Below are positions 1 through 13,819 of a stretch of DNA of 64,000 nucleotides, one piece after another. The position numbers and the translations under genes are program-made. Numbering within the stretch: position 1 is the stretch's first letter; each line of letters opens with the position of its first letter. This stretch comes from Eledone cirrhosa (lineage: Eukaryota), in the NCBI GenBank assembly GCA_964016885.1, contig OZ024741.1, positions 72,478,001-72,542,000 of the forward strand, given 5' to 3'. The notes below the pieces were generated by a model, which was not told the origin of the DNA, did no database searches, and worked only from the letters and a program-made list of their open reading frames with translations.

Positions 1-482
1 GAGAAAATCGATGAAACAGGAATTTCCCATTCAAATTGAACTGAGAGTAAACTGTGAACGCAGAAGTAAATATTTCGAGAAACGTTGCAACCGAACGAAA
101 GCAAGAAGACGATATTTTGGTTCATGAAGACGTTCCCTGGCAATGAACGGGAAAAAAGCGAGGATAATACGTCGTTATGGGGAGCGTGAAGAACAATTTC
201 ATGCAAAGACAAGACCAAGTTTATGGTATAAATGGAGTCGTTAGACTAATATTCTATTTAAAATAACAGAATGATTTCCAGCCCCGGAGTTTAAGAATGA
301 TGTAAATAAAATTGAAAATGAAAATGACAGAGGTTATTAAAATAGTAAAAGTAAATAGTGAAGATTTAGACCAGTACATACGTATGCCCCGACGGACATA
401 CACATACATACGCACACACAAATACATACACACCCACAAACACACACACGCACACACACACATACACATACACACACACACG

Positions 483-2465
483 CTTATGTATAAACTTATA
501 TTTGATATCCTGTCTAAATTTCCTCTTAGACGTAATACTAATGTTAGACCAAACATTAACAAATCGGAAATGTCTGCACTTAAACGTATACAAAATGATA
601 AAACAATAATAATTAAACAAGCAGATAAAGGGGGTGCAATTGTTATAATGGATGCTGAATACTACAAAGATTTGGTTGAGGAACAACTGAAAGACACAAC
701 ATTCAATCATGAAATACCGTCAAATATAGACCACAACATCATGAAGAAGATCAACAACCTGGCTTCAAAATACCACAACTCACTTACTGATAATGAAAGA
801 GACTACATCACCAATTTTGAGCCAAAACCCAGCAACTTTTGGCTTACCGAAAATTCATAAGTCAAAAGAAATCCAACTGGCAGTAAAAGAACAAAAAAGT
901 GAGTACATTAAGTTACTACACCCAAAAGACTTAAAACTTAGACCTATTATAGCTGGTCCAACATGCCCTACCCACCGTCTAAGCAATTTTGTTGACATTA
1001 TTTTGAAAGCACTATGTATTCACATACACAGTTTTATCCGGGATGATATCGACTTCCTGTCCCATCTTCCCAAAACCACGGAAACGAATTCACTTCTACT
1101 TAGTTTTGATGTGGTAAGCCTTTACACCAACATTACACATGATTTAGGAATAAAAGCCGTTAAATACTGGGTGGAAAAACAGAAAAGTGATTCCCACCAG
1201 ATTCACACATTAGACGCAGTCAGACTTATTCTGGAAAACAACACATTCTTCTTCAATGGAAAGAATTACATCCAAATTAGAGGCACAGCGATGGGAACGA
1301 AGTTTGCCCCCGTTTACGCGAACTCTGTAATGGATACTTAGAACAACAACTCTACCAAGAAATAGAGGAAAAATATAGCACTGACTTTAGAAAGTACATT
1401 GAAAAGTCTTGGAAGAGATACCTTGACGACTGTTTCATCATCTGGACAGAATCTCTAGATACTCTGGATGAGTTCAATATCCTCCTGAATAAACTACACC
1501 CATCTCTTCAATTTACAAAAGAGATGAGTAGTACCAAATTACTATTACTAGATATAATGGTAATCAAAAACGACACCACCATTACCACGTATATATACTA
1601 TAAACACACAGACACTCATCAATATCCGAATTTTAAGTCGTGCCATCCACCTCATACAAAACACAACATCCCATACTGCCTAGCCAGAAGAATTTGTACC
1701 ATTGTAGAAGATACGAATACCAGGAACAAACGCCTAACAGAACTGAGAGAATTTTTGCTCAAACAAAAATACCCATCGCTACTTATAGAAAGTGGCATAC
1801 AACGGGCTATAAAAATACCTATACAACAACTTAGGACAACCCAAGGAAGAATAAACCAAGAACTGGTCATACCATTTATAATGGCACATAACCCATGTCA
1901 CCAGAATATCTTCAACACTGCCAAAGCAAACCTACCGATCATTGCTCAAAGTAATGAATTAAAAGGTTTAATCACAGATCGAGCTTTGATTCTTAGTAAA
2001 AGACAGCCGAAAAATTTGAAGCAATTACTAACAAAGACAAAGTTTGACCTTAACAACAAAGACCAATCATTCACTGTATCTAAATGCAATGATAGTCGAT
2101 GTGGCACATGTCAATTCATACATACTGGTCAATATATGAACACAAAAACTAGAAAAATATTCCCAAATGCAAATATAAACTGCAAAAGCAGAAATCTAAT
2201 TTACTGCATTAAATGCCCTAATTGTGAAGAACTATATGTCGGTCAAACTGGAAATGCACTATCGGAACGTGCACGGATGCACCGACAGCAAACGAGAGAC
2301 CCAAATGTCCGTCAGATACCCCTGAGTAACTATCTAGCAACATGTGGTCAGAAAATATTTATAATATTTCCATTCTACAAATTACACAGCCCAAGTGAAA
2401 TCAAGAGAAAAATTAAAGAAAAGAATTTTATTGATAAATTCTCACCCAAGCTAAATGAACAATAA
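483..2465 (+). pseudogene. Frameshifted RT + GIY-YIG endonuclease ORF of the PLE
   Basis: ORFs 312-860, 793-1341 and 1524-2465 are consecutive parts of one protein broken by frameshifts. Confidence 0.9.
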
Positions 2466-2550
2466 TAATGCTTAGGAGTATTACTTCTACTATGACTACG
2501 CCTACGACCATGTCGACTACCACCACTAACAGCAACAACAATAATAATAA

Positions 2551-2712
2551 TTGTTTCTACTTTTGGCACAAGGCCAGCAATTACCCAGTGCATTACTGGT
2601 ACTTTATTTTATCGACCTCGTAAGGATGAAAAGCAAAGTTAACCTTGGCGGGATTTGAACTCAGAATGGAAAGGGCCGTAACTCTTTGCGTCAAAGCATG
2701 GCGTCAGACCCT
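2551..2712 (-). mobile_element. tRNA-derived SINE family A, inserted in the PLE 3' region
   Basis: Reverse complement of the ~190-bp repeat seen intact at 46650-46842 (B-box-like GAGTTCAAATCCCG, core GCCTTTCATCCTTACGGGGTCGATAAAATAAAGTACCAG). Confidence 0.85.
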
Positions 2713-3036
2713 TAATAATAATAAAGTGATGTTGACGTTGATGATTACTGAAGATTCTTTATAAAAAACCTAGAAAATGCTATTTTCATCATTTCTAAAA
2801 ATAGCAAAACAATTGATGCTTTGGATAGGGTCAAATAGAAGTCATTAGACATACTCAACCAACCGTGACGCCTTAACCAATCAGCTTTAGTAATCTAGTG
2901 AAACCACACACCGATTGGTCGAAATACAGTTTGAAAAACTTAGCATTCTGTAGCCCCTTTTTACTGTATATAAGGCACATGTTTTAGCCATCTCATTACA
3001 GTTGAAAATTCCCAACTTGACTGTCACCACTGAATA

Positions 3037-3075
3037 TGAACCTGAAGATTGCGAAAGCATAAAAATACTTGTTCA
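3037..3075 (+). ncRNA. Minimal hammerhead ribozyme motif with near-absent stem II
   Basis: TGAAC-CTGAAGA-TTGC-GAAA-GCATAAAAATAC-TT-GTTCA. Stem I TGAAC/GTTCA, both core boxes intact, imperfect stem III. Confidence 0.65.
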
Positions 3076-3695
3076 ATTAACACTTAACATTTAATATTCT
3101 ACCATACTATTTCATTCTAATACCATTATAATTTTAAAGGATTGTAAATAAAACGAGTAAATCAGACAAAATTGGAATTCCTTTTATTAATATAATCTTC
3201 TATACACAATCATACACACCCGTGTATATTTATATATATATATATATAAAAGCATATATATGCATGTGTGAGTGTGTGTGTTTGTGTTTGTCTGTGTGTC
3301 TGTGACTGTGTATGTAAACATAAAAATGAATTTATATTTTCATACAAACACCCACGTAAGCTTTCTTATACACACTGACGTATAAACATTATTTAATACA
3401 ATTATTTAATGTATGTAAAGAAAACATACAAATGAGGATGAAGAAATTAAAAGATTTAAAATACAAGTAACATCAACAGCAAGAATGAAAACAGTAACAC
3501 CATCATCGTCAACAACAACAACACTAGTAATAACAATACCAGCAGGAGTAATAATAGATTGAGATTAGAACACAATATCAGCAACAATATTAATAACAAC
3601 TTCAACAATATGTAGTTATCTTTTTGCGAGAACGCTTTAAAATTTTATCACATTTGCTGCTTTATAGAAGAGATATCTTAACGTAAAACACGAAC

Positions 3696-3942
<247 letters not shown>

Positions 3943-4650
3943 AATATATAGATAAATACACTAATCTACACCTACATTCACATGATCTATGTATTGCATA
4001 CATAGATCTATCTATCTATATATATTTATTATACACGTGGATTTGATGTGGATTTTTTGTTTCATTACAAATTTTAATATCCAACACAGAAAATGTTTGA
4101 AAGGAAAAAATAAATACAATCATGGCTAACAAATGTGAAAAAACAAAATGGCAGCAAAAGGCAAAGAAGATGTGTTTAAATCTAAAAGCTCTTAAAACGG
4201 ATATTAATGTTCTTCATAATATTAAATTTAACATTTCATTTTCAACTTAAACAAAATCTTCTTATTAAGAAACATTTGGTTCCGTTTTCTTTATATATTT
4301 TTAGAAGCATGAGATATACTTTTAGAAAACGTCAATGTGTGGCGGAGGCGGCGTTGTGTGTGAAGTGGTGGATTTTATGCCTTTCTATCGTTTGTTTTAT
4401 TTATGATATTTTAGTTTTTAATCTCTCATGTATTGGAGATCAATGAGATCAATGGTGTCTCTGGTTTGGTGAATAATGGTTTCTAACGGGCCAAATCATT
4501 GGTTCACCGCAATAATACAAGTTGTTATTGTTCTTGATGTTGTTATTTTTGTTGTTTTTACTGTTTAGTTAATAGCTATGACCCCTTGCAGTCCCCCTCC
4601 CCCGAGACTGGATAATGGGGTGTGTGGAGAAAACCGGAGAAAACCGGCTG

Positions 4651-4681
<31 letters not shown>

Positions 4682-5769
4682 CATACATACATACATACAT
4701 ACATACATACATACATACATACATACATACACACACACACTCATTTATATATATATATACACACTCACACACACACATATATATATATATATAATATATA
4801 CATACACACACACACATATATATATACACATGCATATATACACATGCACATACACACACATATATGTACATCTGTCAATAATCCGAATAAAACATCTAGT
4901 GGCACAGGTTTAAAAGATTTTTCTCAGAGGAGAACATTACATCACACACACCGTAGACTATATATGAATTAATTAATTCTTGATACGAAACTAATTTTAG
5001 TTTTGCACTAAAACAACACTGGGGTCATATAACCCCTAGAGAGACCACACAGGGATTAACATATCTACAGGTGGAGAGCTTAAATTAAGGAACACGATAT
5101 ACCATTTATCTGAGCTATGTTGAAAAATGTCAGCGCTAGGCTACGTGTTTGTCGGGGTAGGGGCTTTGTGTACAGCTGGCAACTCGTTAGAGTGTCAGAT
5201 TAAATGCCTCGGTATTTGTTTCGCCGCTCTGAGTTCAAATTTCGCCGAAGTCATTAATCTTTTTATGCTTTTGGGCTATATGTTTGTTGTTGGAGTGGAA
5301 TTTTGTATACAGGCGATGAATTGGCTCAAACCTCGCCGATGTCAACAAATAAACATTAGTCCTAGGGCAGTCGATCGGCGGAATAGTTAAAGCGTCAGAC
5401 TTGATGTTTTGCAGTATCTAATTTGGCTGAGTTCAAATTCCGCCGATATCACACATAAAGTGCGAGTCGAGAGTCAGTGAATTGGTGGAATTGTTAAAAA
5501 GTCGGACAGGTTGTTTTGTGGTATCTGATCTGACTCTATACATTCTGAGTTCAAATTTTGTCTTTTTGTCAGGAGTTACGACCGAGTGATAATATCAGCA
5601 ATAGAATGACATATGGAAACATTGTTTTCTAGGTCCGACCTGTTAATGGGTTCTTTCCTGTTCCCTTTTTTAATAAACTCAAAATGTTGTGCAATAACAG
5701 ACGCCACGACACTATGGACAAGAGGGAATCAATTCATTAAAACGACCCCAATTTTATTACCGGTACTTA

Positions 5770-6045
5770 TTTGTTGCACATCTTGCTAGTGTTGGATCTC
5801 CGTTTGCTTCGACGACGATGGACCCAGTTGTTCGAACCACGGATCAGTCCCCTCGTAAAATTAACATGGAAGTGGTTCAGCATTCCGCTGACACGTGTAT
5901 CCTTAATATATTTCTCAGGGAGATTTAGCGTGACACAGAATGCGACGAGGCTGGTCATTTAAATTACAGGCACAACTGATTTATGTCAGCTGAGTGGACT
6001 GGAGCAACAACAAATAAAATCTCTTGCTGAAATGCACAACACGCT
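5770..6045 (-). mobile_element. SINE family C (degenerate)
   Basis: Shares the TTGCTCCAGTCCACTCAGCTG segment with family B but has a different 3' body. A related copy lies at ~34020-34260 (+). Confidence 0.55.
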
Positions 6046-6046
6046 G

Positions 6047-7015
6047 ATTTACTTAGACTTGTGATGCATGAGGCAGCCAAAGTACTCCAATGACCATGGT
6101 CAGTTGCATCTAGCGATACATCTTTGCAACTTTTATTGACAGGTTTCAGGTCCCTGTTGATTGTCTGCCGCCAGTTCATCTTGGTACGTCCTCTTCATCT
6201 CTTTCCATGGGAGTACCAATACAGGACCTGATTAGCATGTCTCTAACCTAGGAGTTGTGTGACGTTTCCCAATCAGCCGAGTCGACGCTTGCACATGATG
6301 TTCGACACACGTTATTGATGGTTTCATTAACGGACTTCTTTGTTGGTAATTAAATCATCCCATCTGATGCCAAGGATTTTGCGTAGGAATTTAGTATCAA
6401 AATCATTTAATTGGTTCTCTTGGATAGTCTTCACACTCCATGTTTCACACCCATACAGGAACGTTGAAAGCACATTTCTGTTGTAAAATCTCATTTTGGT
6501 AACAAGCGAAAGATTTTGCTTCTCCAGTTGTTTAAAGGCAACCGAAGCTTTGCCTATTCCGCTATTAATTTCTTTGACCAAGTCCCCACTTCTGTGGATA
6601 AAGCTTTCGAGGTAGGTGAAGTCGTCTACGACCTCTACATTCGCTTGGTTGTCGCAGAGGTGTTGGTGATGGATAAATACCAACTAGCATGTTCTTGGTC
6701 TTTTTGACACTGATGTGGAGACCAATACTGGCAGCAGACGACCCTATCTTATCTATCAGGTACTGCAAGTCGGATGTATTTTCGGCCATGGCTGCAATAT
6801 CGTCTGCAAAGTCAAGGGCCGAGACCTTATGTTACTCTAGCTAGTCAATCCCCTCATTTTCTGTTGCCCTTCTGAGAATCCAGTCGACGGCCAGATAATC
6901 GGAGACAGTGGGCATCCTTGGTGGAGTCCTGTGATGACCTCAAACCATTCACTATAACCATTTTCTGTTATGACGCAGCATTTTGAACCCGTATATAAAT
7001 CATTATGGTATGCCA
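6047..7015 (-). mobile_element. RTE-clade LINE fragment (RT and C-terminal region), decayed
   Basis: Minus-strand SEWFEVITGLHQGCPLSP, LDFADDIA, FTYLES, LYGCETW and FLRKILGIRW. Confidence 0.85.
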
Positions 7016-8399
7016 TAATCTCGCATGATGTTCCATAACGTGCTGCCAGGAAGAAAATTAATGACCTTATGATCGTGAGCCGAACGCACCAATCACTAGC
7101 CACACTAGAAAGTACATCCATGTTTCATTCAACTCATAGATTAACGTCTTAAAAAGATGGGAACGACACAGATAACATAGTCATTTAGCACTAAAAATAA
7201 CTGGAGATCCGCTCAATTAATACTGGCCTGTGATAAATATACTATACCAATCCTCAACCGACCACCGTATTAATCATCATTAGCAGCAGTAGCACCACAA
7301 TCGTCATAATCATCATCATCATCCATATGACTGTCAACATTACCACTATTATGATCATCACCAATCAGTTCAACTCCAACACCGCTTCTATCTATACTCA
7401 ATATCATCATGGCCACCACCACCTTTTCAAAATCAACATCGCTAGGATAATCGTTGGTGTTGACAGATGATGTCTTTTAAGCCTGTAAAACAACCACCAC
7501 TACCATCACCACCACCACCACCACTACCACCACCACAATAACAACAACAATAACAGCAGAATCAATAAGAACGACTATAACCCCCCCCCCCCCCCATCAT
7601 CATCATCACTACCACCACCACCACCACCACCACCACCACCACCACGACCACCACCACCATTTGTTTATTCCTGACAGAATACCTTTGACATATTTGTGAC
7701 CTTTTCTGATCTTCTTTGGTAACACCTTACGCACTGTCCTCCCCACACACCATATATATGTTTTGTCTCTCCCTTATTTTTAAGTTTATTTTTATCCGGT
7801 TATGCATGCATGCATGCATGTATGTATGTATGTATGTATGTATGTATGTATGTATGTATGTATGTATGTATGTATGTATGTATGTATGTATGTATGTATG
7901 CCAACCTTTTTTGTATGTATGTATGTATGTATTTAAATATATATTACACACATAAACATATATATATATATATAGTATATAATATGTAATTAAATATGTA
8001 TATGATGCAATACTGATTCTTTGTTCCCTATTTATTATTATATATATTCTTTTATTATAGTTTAGATATAGGATGGGGCATCAAGATCTCCCTCATTTTG
8101 AAGGGATATAAAAAAAAGATGTGGAAGATCTTTATGCCACAACCTGTATTTATATGCCCATATACACACTCATACACACACGAATTTATATATGTTTACA
8201 TCCATTGATTTTGGCAAATGTGATCCGGATTACTCAATACTATCGTAACGTTTAGTAATTCATTAAAGTTAATCTCAAGACCTGTTATTCAGGAGTTTCC
8301 AGAACGTTTGCCCGGTTCCTCAGATAGGAAAAACTGAATAAATGGGAACACGACAGCCAGGTTAACGGCGGTTGAATTGGGAAAGGATTTGTAAAGACT

Positions 8400-8702
8400 C
8401 CCTTCGGTCACGAATGACCATAGAACTTGGACCTAGAAAGTTCTCATCCGAGGCATAAGTCCGGGCAAGTTTGTTTGTGAAAGACCAGCAGTCGCCCATC
8501 CACACCAGCCTCTCCTCTCCACGCCAGCGATATTTTCCAAGAGAAAGGCAATGGCTGATACAGCTTGGCACCAATGATGTCGCAACTCATTTCTACAGCT
8601 GAGTAAACTGGAGCAACGTAAAATAAAGTGCCTTGCTCAAGGATACAACGCATCATCCGGTCCGAGAATCGAACTCACAACCTCTAAGCCATACGCCTTC
8701 AC
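8400..8702 (-). mobile_element. tRNA-derived SINE family B
   Basis: Reverse complement of the repeat at 33492-33808 (GTGAGTTCGATTC B-box, TCCTTGAGCAAGGCAC core). Confidence 0.8.
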
Positions 8703-9522
8703 CGGGAAAGGATTAGCTGATCTTATAGGACATACTCCGCCCTGGAAGTTATGAAATGGGAACACGTGCGTGTAGAGAGAGGAATAATATCAAGAAAACG
8801 ACTGAAATCCCTAATAGCAATATATATGGTGACCCCTTCTATATATAAAGGCTGCAAAAACATTGGGGGGGGGGGGGGTGAGGGTGGAAAATGTATTTAT
8901 TCTGAATTAAATTAGCAAATGAAATAGAAAACTATAAAAATATATTTGACAACTGAAGTCAGACACTTTTCTCTTCGGCCAATCAATCCCTCAACAACTT
9001 TTTCAAGTTTCACTTGGAAAGGAAGATAAAAGTGGAGTGGGAAGTGCAACCCCCTCCCCCCGCCTCCGGTACATTTGTCAAAAGATGTGCGAATGTTAAT
9101 AAAATGGCTCGTGTGAGCATGAGCCTGTAGGCAGGCACGTTTTTAGAGGAGAGAGGGTGACAGTAAAGAGAAGAGTAAGGATAGTTTGGGAATATTTGTC
9201 AGAAATGGATGTTGTTGATATTGGTTTGGGAGGGGAAGTGTATGTGTGTGAGGGGGGGGGGGGGCATGCTAGCTCACATATTCACTTCCCTATATGTAAA
9301 TATACTTACAGCCCATATATATTACATACATACACATACATACACATATATACACACATAAATATACACACATACACACGCACATATAAACATATATATA
9401 TGCACATATATACACATACATGCATACATATATATATATATACACCTATATATACATATACACACACATACACGCACCTACACATATATGTACATATATA
9501 CACACACACACATACACACACG

Positions 9523-9597
<75 letters not shown>

Positions 9598-9619
9598 TTA
9601 TATATATATATATATATAT

Positions 9620-9969
9620 TAGAAAGTGAGGTTTTTTTTACAAAATGAAAAATAACCGAGGTGTCCTACACGAGTGGAAGTATAAAGAAAAAGGGATGAA
9701 ATCGAAAATGCAACTGAAGTCTTATTTTTTTAAAAATATATATATTTATTTGGTTCCTTTACCGGTTTCGCAGTTCTTCTGCTTTTCAAAAGGTGAGTTG
9801 AGATGGAGGGTCTGTGGTTTTTCTCAGATGTGAGAAAAACCACAGACCCTCCATCTCAACTCACCTTTTGAAAAGCAGAGGAACTGCGAAACCGGTAAAG
9901 GAACCAAATAAATATATATATTTAAAAAAAAATAAGACTTCAGTTGCATTTTCGATTTCATCCCTTTTT

Positions 9970-9975
<6 letters not shown>
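9620..9975. mobile_element. Fold-back non-coding PLE-type cassette in (TA)n, ~145-bp arms centred at ~9828
   Basis: ~9680-9826 is the reverse complement of ~9831-9975. A single-arm copy lies at 17041-17257. Confidence 0.85.
9864..9901 (+). ncRNA. Minimal HHR, U3/A8 core variant (mirror copy at 9756-9793 on -)
   Basis: CCTT-TTGAAAA-GCAG aggaa CTGC-GAAA-CCGG-TA-AAGG. Confidence 0.75.
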
Positions 9976-10037
<62 letters not shown>

Positions 10038-10216
10038 AGATTAATATCCCCACAGGTACTAAGTACCCCTGGAAATATATAGGGTGTCTAATATATCTAT
10101 ATCTATAGCTAGGGAGTGTATCTTGGAGTTACTGTAGGTTCACCGGGGTGAGCATTCGATGTTTAGGTTCACTTCTGTATCGAGGTGTAGAGCTATACAG
10201 AGTGTATTATTTTCTA

Positions 10217-10400
10217 TGGATTGGCAGTATCGGTAGAGGGTCGGACGCCATGCTTTGACGCATAGAGTTACGGCCCTTGTCATTCTGAGTTCAAATCCCG
10301 CCGAGGTTAACTTTGCCTTTCATCCTTACGGGGTCGATAAAATAAAGTACCAGTAATGTACTGGGTAATTTCTGGCCTTGTGCCAATAGTAGAAACAATT
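10217..10400 (+). mobile_element. SINE family A with target-site duplication
   Basis: Flanked by TTATTTTCTA on both sides (10207-10216 and 10399-10408). Confidence 0.85.
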
Positions 10401-10557
10401 ATTTTCTACTAGCATTTTAAGGGGTCCGTCGGGCTGCGGATTATAGAGTCGGGTAAGATAGATACAGATCGAACCTTGAGCTGATCAGTGGCGAAACGCG
10501 CGTCGCCTACAAATAAATGTAACGAAGGAGTTACCAATCGTCCTTGTTATCTTTTCA

Positions 10558-10589
<32 letters not shown>

Positions 10590-11017
10590 GAAAAAATGGC
10601 GTGCTGCGTTGTTGCAATTGGGGTACATATGAATAAAATTAGTCCTTCATCAGTGATCTTCCAACCGTCATTGGTATTTCTTCGCTTTAAAGATAATATA
10701 CCTCTGGTTGGTGCGAGCAATAACTAAAGAAAGTTATTGGGACACGTAAAATAGGGTGAAGCGAGCGAGACATGTAAACAAACAGAGATGGTAATGCAGC
10801 GGAAAGAGAGGAAGAAGAGAAACAAGTCCGTGATAACTATGAACTTAAGGTCGGTGAAATCATAGACGAGAGATACAGACCATCCGACCTGGGTGAGATG
10901 TGAGCGAGAAAAGGATTTCACACAGGTCAAACGAGAGGAAGTGAGAGAGGGGGAGTAGCATATATATATATATATATAGGAACGAGGTGTTAAAGTATCA
11001 TCATTAAGTTTATTCAG

Positions 11018-11104
11018 GTGTGACGCGCGTTTCGCGATTGATCAGCTCAAAGTGCAATCTATATCGATCGGGCCCGACTCTGGAATCAATAGCTCCTCAG
11101 ACTC
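11018..11104 (-). ncRNA. HHR motif with 60-nt extended stem II
   Basis: Minus strand reads GAGT-CTGAGGA-GCTATTGATT...GATCAATCGC-GAAA-CGCGCG-TC-ACAC. Confidence 0.65.
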
Positions 11105-11844
11105 GTGGTTTCCTTAACGACGGGAGATATCTGCGTACAGCATTACATTACCATTTCTCATTCACTTGTGGTTCTGTTGTTCTTTGGTTTGATTGGTTGG
11201 TTGGAGGGAGAATAGATAGAAAGGAAAGAACAAGAGATAAAAAGAGAAATAAGGAAAGAGGAGTGAGGGAGGAAAGGAATAAAGAAAAGTCGAATGGGAC
11301 TAAGGATAAGACGTGGGTGAGGGGAAGTTTTGAGCATATCTAACAGTGGACAGAGTAGAGAAGGGTCAAGGGGAAGGGGTAGAAGGTGAGGAGTAAGGGG
11401 AATATATAGAAATAGGAGATAAGAATGAATGGATGGCTAGGGAAAAAGAAGAAAAGAAAAAAGGGGAGAAAAGAAGGAAGGGAAAAGGGACCAAGGGTGG
11501 GAAGTAACAGGTAGGGGAAGGGACATGATGCCAAACATAATAAAGTGAAATGAAATAAAATAAAATGGTGAGATAACAGAGTAAAAAAAATAAAACAAAA
11601 TAAAACAAAATAAAATAAAATAAAATAAAATAAAATAAAATAAAATAAAATAAAATAAAAATGCGAGGTGCAAGAGTAAATATTTACCAATGTAAATATG
11701 AAATAAAAAATTAAAGAATAAATAGTAGAAAGTAAAAATAAATCATAAATAATGAGAAAAATATAAGAAAGATTAAAAAATATTAATAATAAAGTAATAA
11801 AAAATATAAAATATGAGAAAGTAAAATGGTATGATAGCAATAAA

Positions 11845-12397
11845 TACTGTAATGTTCGTCAATGTAGCCCCCAGAGTCGAACTAGCTTACAGATTTAGAA
11901 GGGTTCTAGACAAACTAAAATTAAATATTAAGATAGTTGAAAGACCAGGTATTCCCATAAAAGCCCTAATTAGTAGAACATATCCTTTTGACCCCCCCCT
12001 CCCCCAAAAAAAACAACCCTGCACCGATAGGAAATGCATAGTCTGCAAATTAAGCCCACAAATTAACTGCAAACCTAGGGACGTAGTATATAGCATAAAA
12101 TGTACTGAGGGACAGTGTAGGAACACTTACATAGGTGAGACAGCCCGTAGTATAGGAGAAAAGGTAAGTGAACACTGGCGAGGACTCCAAGGTGGGAAGA
12201 ACTCATTAGTACTCTACCAACATGCCAAAATCAAACACGGGGTAATACTAGAGAACATAGAAATAACGATCATATCCACACACAGAAAAGACGCAATGCT
12301 CAGACAGATTACAGAAGCGACAAACATAAACGAACTCCAACTAAAATTAAACAGAAAACATGAGTTAAATATCAACAACATCACAACTAGTAATTAA
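11845..12397 (+). pseudogene. 3' fragment of a PLE ORF: GIY-YIG endonuclease
   Basis: C..RKCIVC...NCKPRDVVYSIKC....CRNTYIGETARS...H...HG...RQITEA...LNRKHE. Confidence 0.85.
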
Positions 12398-12507
12398 GGA
12401 CAAGATAAATAAAGACATACAGAGACACGTAAGAACCAAACTAATAAAACAAACCAGACCCACCCAGATAGAACAAGCAACCAACTAGTGACAAATAAAT
12501 AAACGTA

Positions 12508-12550
<43 letters not shown>

Positions 12551-12686
12551 AAAAAAAATACGCACCCGGATATAACGCATGTGCAACTCAAGTACACAGT
12601 TCACAGCACACAAAAACAAGATGGTGTAGGACAGAACAAAGGAGAGACACAAAATAACAAATTAGTCACTTTGACAATAAATAAAC

Positions 12687-13197
12687 GGCATACGTTAAGA
12701 CGGGCGTTCCGGAAAGTGAAAGTAAATTTTTTGACAACACTGTGAATTTGTGGGTTTTTTTTTACAACAGGTCTCAATAATGAAAGTTACGATACACACG
12801 CAATTGTACGATACACACGCAATTGTATGGATTTCTTAATATATATATATGTGTGTATATATGTGTGTACACTGTGAATTTGTTTGTTTATTTACAACAG
12901 GTCTCTATAGTGATATGGTGTTAATTAGTATTGCGTGTGTGATTATTTTTTCTTTAGATAGACGTTAAACGATGATGATGACGCAAACACATATATATAT
13001 ACAAACACACACATATATATACATACAGACACACATATATATACACACATATACACACCCACACATATATATATATTAAGAAACCCATACAATTGCGTGT
13101 GTATCGTAACTTTCACTGTAAAAAAAAAAAAAAAAAAATCACAGTGTTGTCAAAAAATTTACTTTCACTTTCCGGAACGCTCGTCTTAACGTATGCC
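12687..13197. mobile_element. MITE with long TIRs and 8-bp TSD (Merlin- or hAT-like)
   Basis: Starts GGCATACGTTAAGACG and ends CGTCTTAACGTATGCC. AAATAAAC is duplicated at 12679-12686 and 13198-13205. Confidence 0.85.
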
Positions 13198-13819
13198 AAA
13201 TAAACAACTATCTGGTTATTAAACCATACAACTGGAAATTTGAAATAAATTGAAGTGAAAACGTCAAGTGCGTGTGTTTTTATTGTAAACATGACCCTCC
13301 CAAAGTATAAAAATATCTGTTTCAACACAGGTTTTCAGATAAGAAATCTTGCAAAGGAAATGGAAAAACAATGTATATGTATATGACTAAGATAAAATAG
13401 TATGAATGAAAAAAAAAAAAAAAAATAATGTCTAGGGCGTCGATAGAGTTGATAATCTCTTTGAAATGACAGACTACGGTTGAAGTGTGTTTACTCCCCC
13501 CCCCCTCACCACTGCAGTCATTTAGTTGTCCACAGAACATGTTTTATTAGGTGTGTCGGACATAGGTCCTGGTGTCGTGTGCCGTACCTGTATATGTAGC
13601 CGTACACTAGCGCACGCACATATACATACACGTGTGTGTGTAGGCAGGTTCCACACTCATCCATACACACATACACACTCGTGCACTAACAGACACAGGT
13701 AGGGATGCTCACTCTCATGCACATTCTGTCGTGCGGGCACACGTATCGACTTAAGGTTAGACGTGGCGGACTGGTAATGTTTTGATAAGGTTTAAATATA
13801 CTGATAATCGTAACATATA

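Larger units (their letters stand above)
481..3230 (+). mobile_element. Penelope-like retroelement (Neptune/Poseidon-type), 5'-truncated, with HHR-bearing 3' pseudo-LTR
   Basis: ORF pieces carry the PLE RT motifs ADKGGAIV, GLPKIHK, LRPII, FDVVSLYTNI, GTAMGT and RYLDDCF (~1415). A C-terminal Cys cluster and GIY-YIG motif (LIYCIKC..C..LYVGQTG) follow. The element starts in a (CA)n tract and ends near (TA)n. Ends are approximate. Confidence 0.9.

Noticed and set aside
1-300. Coding-like sequence at the window start
   Set aside because: Interrupted by stops and no recognisable domain.
10650-10675. Minus-strand CTGATGAAGGAC as a hammerhead
   Set aside because: No complementary GTCC-GAAA downstream.
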